Below are positions 48,571 through 57,634 of a stretch of 64,000 nt of DNA, piece after piece; the first letter of the stretch is position 1; the number at the start of each line of letters is the position of its first letter. The notes beneath the pieces were generated by a model. The model had not been told where the DNA came from. It worked only from the letters and a program-made list of their open reading frames with translations, and made no database searches. The stretch is from an uncultured Chloroflexota bacterium. GTDB taxonomy: Bacteria; Chloroflexota; Limnocylindria; Limnocylindrales; CSP1-4. Made by a program: the position numbers and the translations under genes. The stretch is taken from assembly GCA_903822495.1 (NCBI GenBank), contig CAIJPD010000022.1, forward strand, positions 10,069 to 74,068. Reading direction: 5' to 3'.

Positions 48571-49479
48571 CTAGCGGTCGTCGTCCTCCGCGGCCTTCTC
48601 GGCGTCGCCCTCGGCCTCACCCTCGCTGTCGTCGTCATCGTCACCTTCGCCCTCGGGGGCGACGGACGGGAACGCCTCGGCGAGCGCGTCGGCGAGATCG
48701 CCGAAGACGTCGGTGGGGTCGTAGTACTCGACGAGGTCCTCCGGTGAGGCGAGCGTCGTCCACTCGCCGTCCGCGCCCTCGGGCTGGACTTCGCCACGGA
48801 ATGTGCCGCCAGCCTCGAGGACCAGGCGCTCGTCGTCGTCGTCGACGATGACGAGGTCACCCAGGCGCTCCGACAGGTTGGCGGACGCGATCTGGAACTG
48901 CGCGAGCAGCCGACCCTCGGAGCGCTGGCTTCGGTCCTGGAAGTCGAGGGCCAGGTCGTACAGCTGGCGCGCCGCACCCTCCTCGTCGTCCGCAGCGAGC
49001 GGGACCGGGGTGGACTGGCCGGCAGCCCAGTCGTCGGCGGCCTCCGCGTAGACGCCCGCGCCTTCGAGCGCGCCGCCGGCATGGGTCCCCGTGATCTCAC
49101 CCAGCTCGGCCGCGCCGGTGGGCTCGTCCTCGAGGCCGGCCGCCGCGCGGGCCGCGTCGGCGAAGGCCGCGAAGATGTCGGCCGGGTTGTACAGCTCGAC
49201 CAGCTCCGATGGCGATTCGATCACCTCGGTGTCGCTGGTCCACTGGCCGGTCGACTCATCGAGGAACCGGCTGCGGCTGCGGAAGGTCAGGTCGGGGGCG
49301 ATCGACAGGAAGTCCGGATCCTCGTCGATGAGGGTCATGCCGCCCAGTTCGGCGATCCGATCGGCGTTCGCCTCCAGGAAGCGGTGCAGCTGGCGGGCGG
49401 ACTGCACCAGGAAATCCTTGCGCTCGAGTGCGGCATCGGCAGCCAGCTCACCCAGCACGTCGTTGCGGCCAAGGTCCAT
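48571..49479 (-). CDS. Highly acidic hypothetical protein with an internal ~100-aa duplication
   Basis: The two halves align (..ESPSELVELYNPADIFAAFADAA.. vs ..ASPEDLVEYYDPTDVFGDLADAL..). The C-terminus is D/E-rich. Confidence 0.55.
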   Translation of the reverse strand: MDLGRNDVLGELAADAALERKDFLVQSARQLHRFLEANADRIAELGGMTLIDEDPDFLSIAPDLTFRSRSRFLDESTGQWTSDTEVIESPSELVELYNPADIFAAFADAARAAAGLEDEPTGAAELGEITGTHAGGALEGAGVYAEAADDWAAGQSTPVPLAADDEEGAARQLYDLALDFQDRSQRSEGRLLAQFQIASANLSERLGDLVIVDDDDERLVLEAGGTFRGEVQPEGADGEWTTLASPEDLVEYYDPTDVFGDLADALAEAFPSVAPEGEGDDDDDSEGEAEGDAEKAAEDDDR

Positions 49480-49513
49480 CGGTCAGTCCCCTACTTGCGG
49501 CGGTGGCGGCTGG

Positions 49514-49840
49514 TCAGCCGTGATACTCGAGATCGGGCCCCATCCGCTCCCGGAGGAACATCGAATGGTGGCGCTCAAAAAGCCATTCCCCGGCACGATG
49601 CCCCAGGGCGCGGGCTGTCTCATCCGCTTCCAGGCGATCCAGCGTCGCGTAGTCCGGCAGGTCCAGCAGGATCACGTTGTCATATTCCGACCCGTGAGCC
49701 ACGTTGAACCAACCGAGGAACTTGACGCCGTACTTCTGCTCGTACTCCTTTGCCTGGCGAGGGAAGAGCGTCCGCATATAGAACTTCAGAAACGGGTCGC
49801 GACCGCGGCGGACGATGAAATAGGTCGCGAGGACGGGCAC
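49514..49840 (-). CDS. Small hypothetical protein (possible dimeric alpha/beta-barrel, NIPSNAP/EthD-like fold)
   Basis: A GTG at 49840 follows GGAGGAG. GC is lower than in the neighbours. The fold guess rests on a beta-alpha-beta-beta-alpha pattern only. Confidence 0.45.
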   Translation of the reverse strand: MPVLATYFIVRRGRDPFLKFYMRTLFPRQAKEYEQKYGVKFLGWFNVAHGSEYDNVILLDLPDYATLDRLEADETARALGHRAGEWLFERHHSMFLRERMGPDLEYHG

Positions 49841-49928
49841 GAGCGAGGCTCCTCCGGGGCGATTGTCGAGTCGCGGCAACCGGCGGGCGCGGCCGCCGGC
49901 CCTCTATTGTCGCACGGGGGTCCCACGA

Positions 49929-50423
49929 TCAGGCGGGCGGGCGTGAATCCTCGTCGCGGGTCGGGTCGCGGCGGGCGGGATCCTCGCCGCTGTCCGCGGC
50001 GGGTGCCGCGGCGACGCCGTCCGCCTGGGCGGCCGGTCCTCCGGCGCGCTCGTCCTCCAGCTCGCCGACGGTCCGAGTGGCGCTGCCCAGCGGCCTGCGC
50101 CGGCCGGTGGTGCGCCGGTCGGCGGCGACGAGGCGGAGCAGGAAGATCACGGTCTGCCCGGTGAGGAGGAGGAGCAGGACGAGGATGAGCAGGGCGGCGC
50201 TCACGCCTTCCGGCCAGCCCCAGACCACGCTCAGCGGGGTGATGATCACGGCCGCGGCGAGCACCACGAGCTGGCTGTAGAAACAGCCAAGGCCCGGACC
50301 GCGCTCGGCCTCCAGGGGGGCGCCCTTGTACTGGACGGTGCCGTCGCCGGGGTGGACCGGGGGCGCGGTCTCGGCGTCGATGGCCGGGTCCTGGGGCGGG
50401 GTGGCGGGGGCGATGTCACTCAC
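49929..50423 (-). CDS. Hypothetical 2-TM membrane protein
   Basis: The hydrophobic core reads CFYSQLVVLAAAVIITPLSVVWGW..ALLILVLLLLLTG. The start is uncertain. Confidence 0.4.
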   Translation of the reverse strand: MSDIAPATPPQDPAIDAETAPPVHPGDGTVQYKGAPLEAERGPGLGCFYSQLVVLAAAVIITPLSVVWGWPEGVSAALLILVLLLLLTGQTVIFLLRLVAADRRTTGRRRPLGSATRTVGELEDERAGGPAAQADGVAAAPAADSGEDPARRDPTRDEDSRPPA

Positions 50424-50641
50424 GACCCGACTGTAGCCCACCCCGCTGGGTCCTGCCGGGCGGGGCCCGCCGCCCCGAACCGCGAGCGGCGTTCGGCGAT
50501 GGCGCCATGGCACACGACGGCCCGCCGCCAGCCCGACGCACGACCGAGGCCGACATCGATCGACTCCAGGACCGGCTGCGAGAACTGGCCGGCCGTGATG
50601 ATCGAGGGGAGCGCGCCCGGAGCCGAGGGGAGCGCCCTGGC

Positions 50642-52117
50642 TCAGGCCCCTGAGGCCTCCCAGGCCAGCCGACCGTCGGCGATCGTCAGGAGGACGAGCC
50701 CCGGCAGGTCGCGTCCGACAAGCGGCGACGGCGCGCCGAGCGATCGGATCGTGGTCGGACCCACCGTCCAACCGGCGGAGCGGTCGATGACGACCAGGTC
50801 CGCGCGGGCGCCCACGATCAGGCCGGGTGCCGTCGAGGCCGGGCGTGGGCCCAGCACACGGGCCGGGCCGCTGGTCAGCGCCGCGATCGCCCGGGCCAGT
50901 GGCAGCCGGCCCGCATCCACCGCCGCCAGCAGCAGGCCCAGCGCCGTCTCGATGCCGGCGATCCCGGGGACGCTCATGCCGAACTCGACCTCGCGATCGG
51001 GGCGCGCGACGGGGGCGTGATCCGTGGCGACCGCGTCAACGGTGCCATCCAGCAGGCCGACCAGGCAGGCGGCCGCGTCCGCGGCGGAGCGGAGCGGCGG
51101 CTCCACCCGGAGCGAGCTGGCATACGGGGCCGCCGCCAACGGGCCATCGGCCCAGGGATTGTCGCTCCCGTCCCAGGCCCAGCGCCGCGACCCCGCGAGC
51201 CAGCCGTCGGTCAGCGCCAGGTGATGCGGCGTCACGTCGCAGGTGACAGGCAGCCCGGCGGCCTTCGCCCGACGCACGAGCGCGATCGAGCCGGCCGTGG
51301 AGAGATGCGCCAGGTGGAGCCGCACGCCCGGCACGTCCCGGACGACGTCGGCAAGGATGGCCAGGTCGCGGCCCACCGCCGCCTCCTCGGCTGCCGCGGG
51401 CGAGCCCCGCAGGCCCAGCACGGTCGCGACCAGCCCGTCGTTCGCCTCCGCCCCGTGGCTCAGCCCCGGGTCCACGGCATGCTCCACGACCGGCACGCCC
51501 AGCATCCCGGCGTAGGCGAGGGCGCTCCGCAGGATCGAGGCGGAGCGAACGGGCGCGGGGTCGTCGCTGAACGCCGCCGCCCCGGCGTCGGCCAGCTCGC
51601 CCAGGGCCGCCAGTCGCTCTCCCGCTCGTCCCGCGGTCAGCGCGCCAACGCCCAGCACGCGGACCGGCGACCCGGATGCGGCCGCCAGCGCCCGGACCCG
51701 GATCAGGACACCCGGCTCGTCGGCGGCCGGGGTCGTGTCGGCCATCGCGCAGACGGTGGTGAAGCCACCATGGGCGGCGGCCGCCAGGCCACTCGCGATC
51801 GTCTCGGCGGCTTCGTCGCCGGGCTCGCGCAGGTGGGCGTGCAGGTCCGTGAAACCCGGCACGACGATGACGCCATCCGGCCCGACGCCCGCGGCCTCGG
51901 CCCCGCGCAGCCAGGTCACCGCGCGCAGGACCCCGTCGCGGACCACCAGTTCGCCGGGCCCCTCACGCCCGGTCGCTGGATCCACCAGCCAGGCCCGGCT
52001 GATCTCCAGCTCCGCGGACGCCGCGGCCGCCCGTCCCCGCGCCAGCGCGCCGCCCGGCCCCGTCGCGCCGTTCTGCCCCGACCCGACGTTGGACCCCGAC
52101 CCGCTCGCCGCGTTCAT
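50642..52117 (-). CDS. pyrC: Dihydroorotase
   Basis: It carries PGFTDLHAHLREPG, HLAHLS and DHAP blocks. An ATGA overlap links it to pyrB. Confidence 0.85.
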   Translation of the reverse strand: MNAASGSGSNVGSGQNGATGPGGALARGRAAAASAELEISRAWLVDPATGREGPGELVVRDGVLRAVTWLRGAEAAGVGPDGVIVVPGFTDLHAHLREPGDEAAETIASGLAAAAHGGFTTVCAMADTTPAADEPGVLIRVRALAAASGSPVRVLGVGALTAGRAGERLAALGELADAGAAAFSDDPAPVRSASILRSALAYAGMLGVPVVEHAVDPGLSHGAEANDGLVATVLGLRGSPAAAEEAAVGRDLAILADVVRDVPGVRLHLAHLSTAGSIALVRRAKAAGLPVTCDVTPHHLALTDGWLAGSRRWAWDGSDNPWADGPLAAAPYASSLRVEPPLRSAADAAACLVGLLDGTVDAVATDHAPVARPDREVEFGMSVPGIAGIETALGLLLAAVDAGRLPLARAIAALTSGPARVLGPRPASTAPGLIVGARADLVVIDRSAGWTVGPTTIRSLGAPSPLVGRDLPGLVLLTIADGRLAWEASGA

Positions 52118-53181
52118 CGGGGCCCCCGCACGCCGGCCAGCAGGTAGAGGAGCGCCATGCGGACCGCCACCCCGTTCGCTACCTGTTCCGTGATCACCGA
52201 CTGGATCCCCTCGGCCACGTCCGGCGCGATCTCCACGCCCTCGTTGATGGGCCCGGGGTGCATCACCAGCGCGCCGGGTCGCGCCAGCGCGAGCCGCTCC
52301 CGCGTCAGGCCAAAGCGTGCCGAGTACTCGCGCAAGGACGGGAGCAGGCCGCCGCTCATCCGCTCCTGCTGGAGCCGCAGGGCCATGACCACGTCAGCGT
52401 CGCGCAGCGCGGCGTTCACGTCCGACGTGACGGTGAAGCGCCGCGAGGCAGGCCCAACCCCTGAGCCCGCCCACGCCTCCAGCCCGCGCACCAGCGTGGC
52501 CGGCCCGCAGACCCACAGGTCCGCGCCGGCCGCCGTCAGCGACCAGATGTTGGAGCGGGCCACGCGCGAGTGAAGCGCGTCCCCAAGGATCACGACCTTG
52601 CGCCCCGCGACCGTCCCACCGGGGAGTCGGCGGCGCATCGTGTACAGGTCCAGGATTGCCTGGGTGGGGTGCGCGTGCCAGCCGTCCCCGCCGTTGAGGA
52701 CGCTCCCGCCGAAGTGCTCCGCCGCGAGATATGGGGCACCCGAGTGGGCGTGGCGCAGGACCAGCATCCCTGCCCCCAGCGCCTCGATGGTCCGGAGCGT
52801 GTCCAGGAACGATTCACCCTTGACCACGGACGAGGTGGCGGTGGCGATGTTCACGACGTCCGCCGACAGGTTCTTCGCCGCGACCTCGAACGAGACCCGG
52901 GTCCGGGTGGAGGCCTCGTAGAAGAGGATGGTGACGTTGGTGCCACGTAGCGCCGGGACCTTGGCGATGGGCCGGCCCAGGACCTCCCGCATGGCGTCCG
53001 TGGTGCGCATCACCAGCTCGGTCTCGTCCGCGGACAGGACGTCGACGTCCAGCAGGTGGCGGTGGCGCCAGGCCACGGGTTGGCTGTGTGGCGCGGCGTC
53101 CACCGACGGGACCGCAACCGAAACGCCAACCCCCTGCTCTTCCGGCACGGCCGGCGGCCCGGGCGGTTGGCCTGCGGTCAC
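52114..53181 (-). CDS. pyrB: Aspartate carbamoyltransferase catalytic subunit
   Basis: It carries [13 protein letters not shown] and HPGP motifs. A GTGA overlap links it to pyrR. Confidence 0.9.
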   Translation of the reverse strand: MTAGQPPGPPAVPEEQGVGVSVAVPSVDAAPHSQPVAWRHRHLLDVDVLSADETELVMRTTDAMREVLGRPIAKVPALRGTNVTILFYEASTRTRVSFEVAAKNLSADVVNIATATSSVVKGESFLDTLRTIEALGAGMLVLRHAHSGAPYLAAEHFGGSVLNGGDGWHAHPTQAILDLYTMRRRLPGGTVAGRKVVILGDALHSRVARSNIWSLTAAGADLWVCGPATLVRGLEAWAGSGVGPASRRFTVTSDVNAALRDADVVMALRLQQERMSGGLLPSLREYSARFGLTRERLALARPGALVMHPGPINEGVEIAPDVAEGIQSVITEQVANGVAVRMALLYLLAGVRGPR

Positions 53182-53741
53182 GCCGCCGGCGCTCCACCGG
53201 CCAGGTCGGCCATCCGTTCGATCTCGACGCTGTCCTCGCCGTCAACCTCCACCAGGTGGACGCGAACGCTCTCCTCGCGCGAGGTAGGCACGTTCTTGCC
53301 GACGTGGTCCGCGCGGATGGGCAGCTCGCGATGGCCGCGGTCCACCAGGACCGCCAGGCGCACCACGGACGGGCGCCCGAAGTCCATCAGGGCGTCGAGC
53401 GCGGCACGGATGGTCCGGCCGGTGTACAGGACGTCATCCACGAGCACGACCGTCTTGCCATTGATGTCGAACGGCAGGCTGGTGCCCTTCACCACGGGCT
53501 GCTGGGCGACCAGCGACAGGTCGTCGCGATAGAAGGTGATGTCGAGCGCACCGACGGGGATCTGGGCGGACTCGTGCTCGGCGATCGCCGCGGCGATCCG
53601 GTGGGCAAGCGGGACGCCCCGACGCTGGATGCCGACGAGAAGCAGGCCATTCGTTCCGGCCTGCTTCTCCACGATCTCGTGGCTGATCCGGACCGTGGCT
53701 CGGCGGAGCTCATCGGCGGACATGATCTGCCGACCGCTCAC
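53178..53741 (-). CDS. pyrR: Bifunctional pyr operon regulator / uracil phosphoribosyltransferase PyrR
   Basis: It has [14 protein letters not shown] and the PRPP loop [13 protein letters not shown]. The start is the GTG at 53741 (overlapping the leader-ORF stop) or the ATG at 53723. Confidence 0.85.
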   Translation of the reverse strand: MSGRQIMSADELRRATVRISHEIVEKQAGTNGLLLVGIQRRGVPLAHRIAAAIAEHESAQIPVGALDITFYRDDLSLVAQQPVVKGTSLPFDINGKTVVLVDDVLYTGRTIRAALDALMDFGRPSVVRLAVLVDRGHRELPIRADHVGKNVPTSREESVRVHLVEVDGEDSVEIERMADLAGGAPAA

Positions 53742-53830
53742 GCGCGGACTCCCCGTTCGCTGTGCTTCAGTTCCGCACGACGTCGCGTCATGCGCCTCTC
53801 CTTCCCGGCTTCGCAGAGCCCATCCCGGCT
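53738..53830 (-). promoter_or_regulatory. pyr leader: 17-codon upstream ORF (53738-53791) whose SD lies in a purine-rich CCGGGAAGGAGAGGC element resembling the PyrR-binding-loop core
   Basis: The minus strand reads ..GGGCUCUGCGAAGCCGGGAAGGAGAGGCGCAUG ACG..GCG UGA. The UGA overlaps the pyrR GUG (GUGA). Confidence 0.35.
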
Positions 53831-53921
53831 CACTGGGCCGGTCGCCGAAGGGTGTCCCAAGCATAGCGGCTTCGGGGTCCGGTGCGCGAGGACACGACCG
53901 GGGCGCCGGGCCGGCGCCTGG

Positions 53922-54494
53922 CTACGTGTAGACCCTGACCGTCACCGGGACCACACCCTCCCACCAGGCGCAGCCGCAGATCGCGAAGAAGTCGGGCTTG
54001 TACAGGTCCACCACGCGGGCCGGGTCCTGGGGGCCGTAGTCGGTCACCGTCCGCTCGATGCAGGCCGCCTTGCCGCAGATCACCACGATGGTGCCGCGCG
54101 GCAGGCGCATCGCCGTGAAGCCAGCCGAGTAGTACGTTGCGTCCCCCGTCAGCGAGTAGAGCGGATCCTTCCAGGCACTGCTCGACCTGCTGGACGGGAC
54201 CGAGACCGCGGCCTTGGCTGGCGTGGTGCCGCCCTGGCCCGGCTCCTCGAAGGTGCCGTCGATATCGACGAACCCGGTGGATCTGAGGGCAGGGTCAAGC
54301 GGGCCGCCGGGGGCCGCGGACCGGCCTTGCCAGGAGCCAACGATGACCGACTGGTAGGCCGCCGCGTCGAGAGCCTGTTCTGGGTGCAGGGTTCGAGACC
54401 CCGCCAGGCCCGGCAGCGCCGCCAGCGCGAGCACAGCGCTGAGCAGTGCGCTCGCGACCGTCTTGCTGGGTCGCACCCGGTCACGATACGACAT
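53922..54494 (-). CDS. Secreted RlpA-like double-psi beta-barrel (DPBB) protein
   Basis: It has a signal peptide. The C-terminal block GDATYYSAGF..MRLPRGTIVVICGKAACIERTVTDYGP resembles RlpA/expansin-like DPBB domains. Confidence 0.55.
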   Translation of the reverse strand: MSYRDRVRPSKTVASALLSAVLALAALPGLAGSRTLHPEQALDAAAYQSVIVGSWQGRSAAPGGPLDPALRSTGFVDIDGTFEEPGQGGTTPAKAAVSVPSSRSSSAWKDPLYSLTGDATYYSAGFTAMRLPRGTIVVICGKAACIERTVTDYGPQDPARVVDLYKPDFFAICGCAWWEGVVPVTVRVYT

Positions 54495-54532
54495 CAACCC
54501 GGCCGGAGCCAAACCGGCCGCCGTGGCGGGGG

Positions 54533-56785
54533 TCAGCGAATGACGATCAGGCGCCCGCCCGGGACGGACCGGACGCTCCCAAAGCCGTCCTTCGTCCAGC
54601 CAACCACCTCGATGCGACTCCCCTGCCCGGCCGCGTCTGCCGGGGTGACCCAGACCAGCTCGCCGGCGCCGATCGCGAAGCCGCGGAGGGCCGGGACACC
54701 GACCAGTTGGTGCAGCGGGTCCAGCTGCCATGCGCCGCCCGCCAGCATGTAGAGCGTCAGGCTGCCGACCGAAGGCTCAACCGGGTTGGCGATCCAGACC
54801 GCCAGGTGCGTCCCGCTGGGGTCGAAGGCGGCATCGAAGTCGACGAGGGGGCCGTCGACCAGGCCCTGCGGGCCGGACGGAGCGGGCGTCGCCGGCGGTG
54901 CCGCGGAGCCTGGTGGGTTGAGGCTGGCTGCAGGGGCCGAGCCGAACCCGTCGGCCGGGGGTGCGGGCGCCGTGGAGTTCAGCGCGACCGCAGAGCCCAT
55001 CGCGGAGGGGGCCGCCGTTGACCTGGCGGTGCTGGCCGGTGCGGTGGTGGCCGCGGCCAGCCGGCCACTCGCGACGGGGCCCGCCGACGCGCCCGGCGAT
55101 GCGGACGCGCCGGGCAGCGTCACGATTGGCAGGGCCGGCGCCCACGGCGCCACGATCAACCGGCCGGTGCCGGGCATCCAGTCGACACCCTGCGCGTCCG
55201 CGACCACGGTCCCGTCCCAGTAGAGCACCCAGGCGCCGGTGGGATCCACGATCGGCCGAAGAAACCGCCCATCCGGGAGATCCTGCGCCTGGCTGGTCTC
55301 GGGATCCAGGAGGAACGAGGTCACGCCGACCTCCTTCGCGATGACGAACGCGGGCCGGACCGACGGCGCGCTCGAGGCCGCGGCGGATGGTGCCGGGCTC
55401 CCGGACGCCTTCGCCGACGCGATCGGGCTCGCGAGCGGCGCGGTGAGCCCCGTGGGAGTCGAGGTCCTGACGGGGCTGGGCGTCGGCACGGGCCTGGTGG
55501 TCGGCACGACGGTGGCGGTCGGCGAAGCGGTGGCGGTCGCGGTCGGCGAGGCGCCCGGTGCCGGGGTGCCGGGCGACTGGGGCATCGCCGGCGACGAGCC
55601 CGGCGCGCCGGAAGGGCCCGGGGCCGGCAACGCACCTGGGGTCGCCGGCATCGCGTCGATCCGACTGCCCAGAATTCGGTTCCCCAGCCAACCGGAGAAG
55701 ATGGAGCGGTGGTCGATCGTGATGGGGCGAGCCTTCGCGTCCCCGACGCGCCAGACGTAGATGTCGGGACCCGCGGAGCCATCCGCAGGCCGCGCGGCGA
55801 AGGCGAACCAGGCACCATCCGGCGAGTGGGCCGCGGTCCCGCCAACCACGATCACGCCTTCGGCAATGGTGATCGCGATGGCCGTGCCCCCCGGCGCCGG
55901 GCTGGCATCGGTTGGGCGGCCGGCGGCAGAGGCGCCCGGCACGAAGGAGGCGCCCGGCACGAAGGAGGCGCCGACGACCGGCGTGGGCGCGGTCCCGGGA
56001 GCCATGCTGGCCAGGGACGGGGAGGCCGACGGCCGACCTGCCGCCGGGACCGACACCACGAAGACGGACCCGCCGGTGCCGCCGTTCGAGGCGACCACGA
56101 CCAGCTGGGCCGAGTCGGGCGACAGGGACACGCTGCGCGGGGCGGCGCCCAGGGTGATGGAGGTCCTGGCCACGTCATGGAGCGGCCCACACGCCGTCGA
56201 ATCACCCGCCGGGCAGACCTCGTCCACCTGCGTCAGGTAGACATCGAACGAGCCGTCGGTTCCGGACTGGATCCAGCGCACGTCGGCGAGCACGGCGATC
56301 GCCGTCGCGGCGGGGCCGGACGACCCCCCGCTGGGTGCCGGGAAGAGCGCGCGGCCAAGGCCACCCAGGAGCGACGACCCGGCGATCAGCGCGACCACAA
56401 GCATTCCGGACAGGATCCCGGGCGACCAGCCGTGACGTCGCGCCGGGGATGCCGGCCGGGACGGCGGGGACGCACGCCGGTCGCGTGCAGTCCGCTCTCG
56501 CTCACGATCCAGGGCGGCGGCGGTCCGTGCCCACAAGTCCCGCGGCGGGCTGGGCACCCGGTCGCGCAGGCCGCGCAGGAGTACCCGGTCGGCCTCGTAG
56601 GCGGCGGTGGTGGCGCTGCATGCGGCGCAGGTCGCCAGGTGGCCCGTCAACCACGCCTCGTCGATGGGACCAGGCGGCTCGGTGGGGCGATGCGCCGACA
56701 GCGCGAGGGCTCGGGCATGGTCGTCGCCCAGGGCAAGCAGGTCTCGCTGCGGATCCGGCACGGGCGGGTGGGCGGCGGTGTTCAC
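54533..56785 (-). CDS. Anti-sigma factor (zf-HC2) with one TM segment and a ~600-aa extracytoplasmic region (PD40/TolB-like repeats, Pro/Ala/Ser linkers)
   Basis: It has the HLATCAAC (H-x3-C-x2-C) motif and a TM segment LSGMLVVALIAGSSLLGGL. Repeats of the type SPDGAWFAF..DIYVW follow. A GTGA overlap links it to the sigma gene. Confidence 0.7.
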   Translation of the reverse strand: MNTAAHPPVPDPQRDLLALGDDHARALALSAHRPTEPPGPIDEAWLTGHLATCAACSATTAAYEADRVLLRGLRDRVPSPPRDLWARTAAALDRERERTARDRRASPPSRPASPARRHGWSPGILSGMLVVALIAGSSLLGGLGRALFPAPSGGSSGPAATAIAVLADVRWIQSGTDGSFDVYLTQVDEVCPAGDSTACGPLHDVARTSITLGAAPRSVSLSPDSAQLVVVASNGGTGGSVFVVSVPAAGRPSASPSLASMAPGTAPTPVVGASFVPGASFVPGASAAGRPTDASPAPGGTAIAITIAEGVIVVGGTAAHSPDGAWFAFAARPADGSAGPDIYVWRVGDAKARPITIDHRSIFSGWLGNRILGSRIDAMPATPGALPAPGPSGAPGSSPAMPQSPGTPAPGASPTATATASPTATVVPTTRPVPTPSPVRTSTPTGLTAPLASPIASAKASGSPAPSAAASSAPSVRPAFVIAKEVGVTSFLLDPETSQAQDLPDGRFLRPIVDPTGAWVLYWDGTVVADAQGVDWMPGTGRLIVAPWAPALPIVTLPGASASPGASAGPVASGRLAAATTAPASTARSTAAPSAMGSAVALNSTAPAPPADGFGSAPAASLNPPGSAAPPATPAPSGPQGLVDGPLVDFDAAFDPSGTHLAVWIANPVEPSVGSLTLYMLAGGAWQLDPLHQLVGVPALRGFAIGAGELVWVTPADAAGQGSRIEVVGWTKDGFGSVRSVPGGRLIVIR

Positions 56786-57420
56786 CGGCCGCGCTCCTTG
56801 CCGCGATCCACGGCCGGGGGAGCGGACTTCACCGCCCGGGTACCTGATCCGCCGAGTGCGCCGCCCGCGGCCAGGAACGCGTCCTCGGACGCCTGCTCCT
56901 CGGCGAGCGCGCGGCGGAGGCTGTCGCGGGCCCGCGTCAGCAGCGCCCGCGCGGCCACGTGGCTCACGTCGAGCGCGGCGGCCAGCTCCAGGCCGGTGAG
57001 GTCGTGGAGCTCCGCGAGAAGGAGAGCGGCCCGCTGTCGCTCGGGGATGCGCTCCAGCGCCCGGGCCAGTGGGCCGGAGAGACGGGTGTCCATCGCCACG
57101 CGCTCGGCCGACGGCGCGGCCCCATTGGATTCCCCCGTCCACGGCAGGAATCGGATGATCTTGCGCCGCCGCAACTCGTCGAGGGCGACCCGGTGGGCGA
57201 TCTGGTAGAGCCAGGCGCGGGCGTTGTCCGGCGGGCCGAGGCGATCGTAGGCGCGGTAGGCTTTCACGAACGTGTCCTGGGCCAGGTCCGCGGCGAGCTC
57301 CTCATCGCGCAGCATGCGGAAGAGGAACGCGAAGATCTCGGTCTGGTGGCGGGCGAACAGGTCCTCGACGAATGACGCTGCGGTTTCGGCCGGGTCCCGG
57401 GCCGGACGCGCGTCGGTCAT
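56782..57420 (-). CDS. ECF (group 4) sigma-70 factor
   Basis: Region 2 (DLAQDTFVKAY..AWLYQIA) and region 4 (ERQRAALLLAELHDLTGLELAAALDVS) are both present. Confidence 0.85.
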   Translation of the reverse strand: MTDARPARDPAETAASFVEDLFARHQTEIFAFLFRMLRDEELAADLAQDTFVKAYRAYDRLGPPDNARAWLYQIAHRVALDELRRRKIIRFLPWTGESNGAAPSAERVAMDTRLSGPLARALERIPERQRAALLLAELHDLTGLELAAALDVSHVAARALLTRARDSLRRALAEEQASEDAFLAAGGALGGSGTRAVKSAPPAVDRGKERGR

Positions 57421-57634
57421 TGGGTGGGCCAGCGGGAAGGAACGGCCGGACGCGCCGGTGCCGGCGAGGGCGCCCCCGGGCCCGGACAGGGTGCCGGACC
57501 GAATGACGCGGTCGAGGCCGGGGTTGCTGGCGAGTTGGTCCACGGGCGAATGACGGGGCGCCCGGCCTGGTTGTGACGATGACCGTCCGTGGAGCCCGTG
57601 GTCCCGGCCGGGGGCCGGCCCGTAGCCGCCCCTG

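Noticed and set aside
49929-50771. Full-length 280-aa version of the ORF downstream of pyrC.
   Set aside because: Its first ~115 codons overlap the pyrC 3' end and are Arg/Gly/Pro-rich. Only the distal hydrophobic part looks coding, and the start there is uncertain.
57421-57634. Autoregulated ECF promoter (GGAAC-n16/17-CGT-type) upstream of the sigma gene.
   Set aside because: No convincing GGAAC..GTC/CGT pair lies in the correct (minus) orientation. The only GGAAC is on the + strand.
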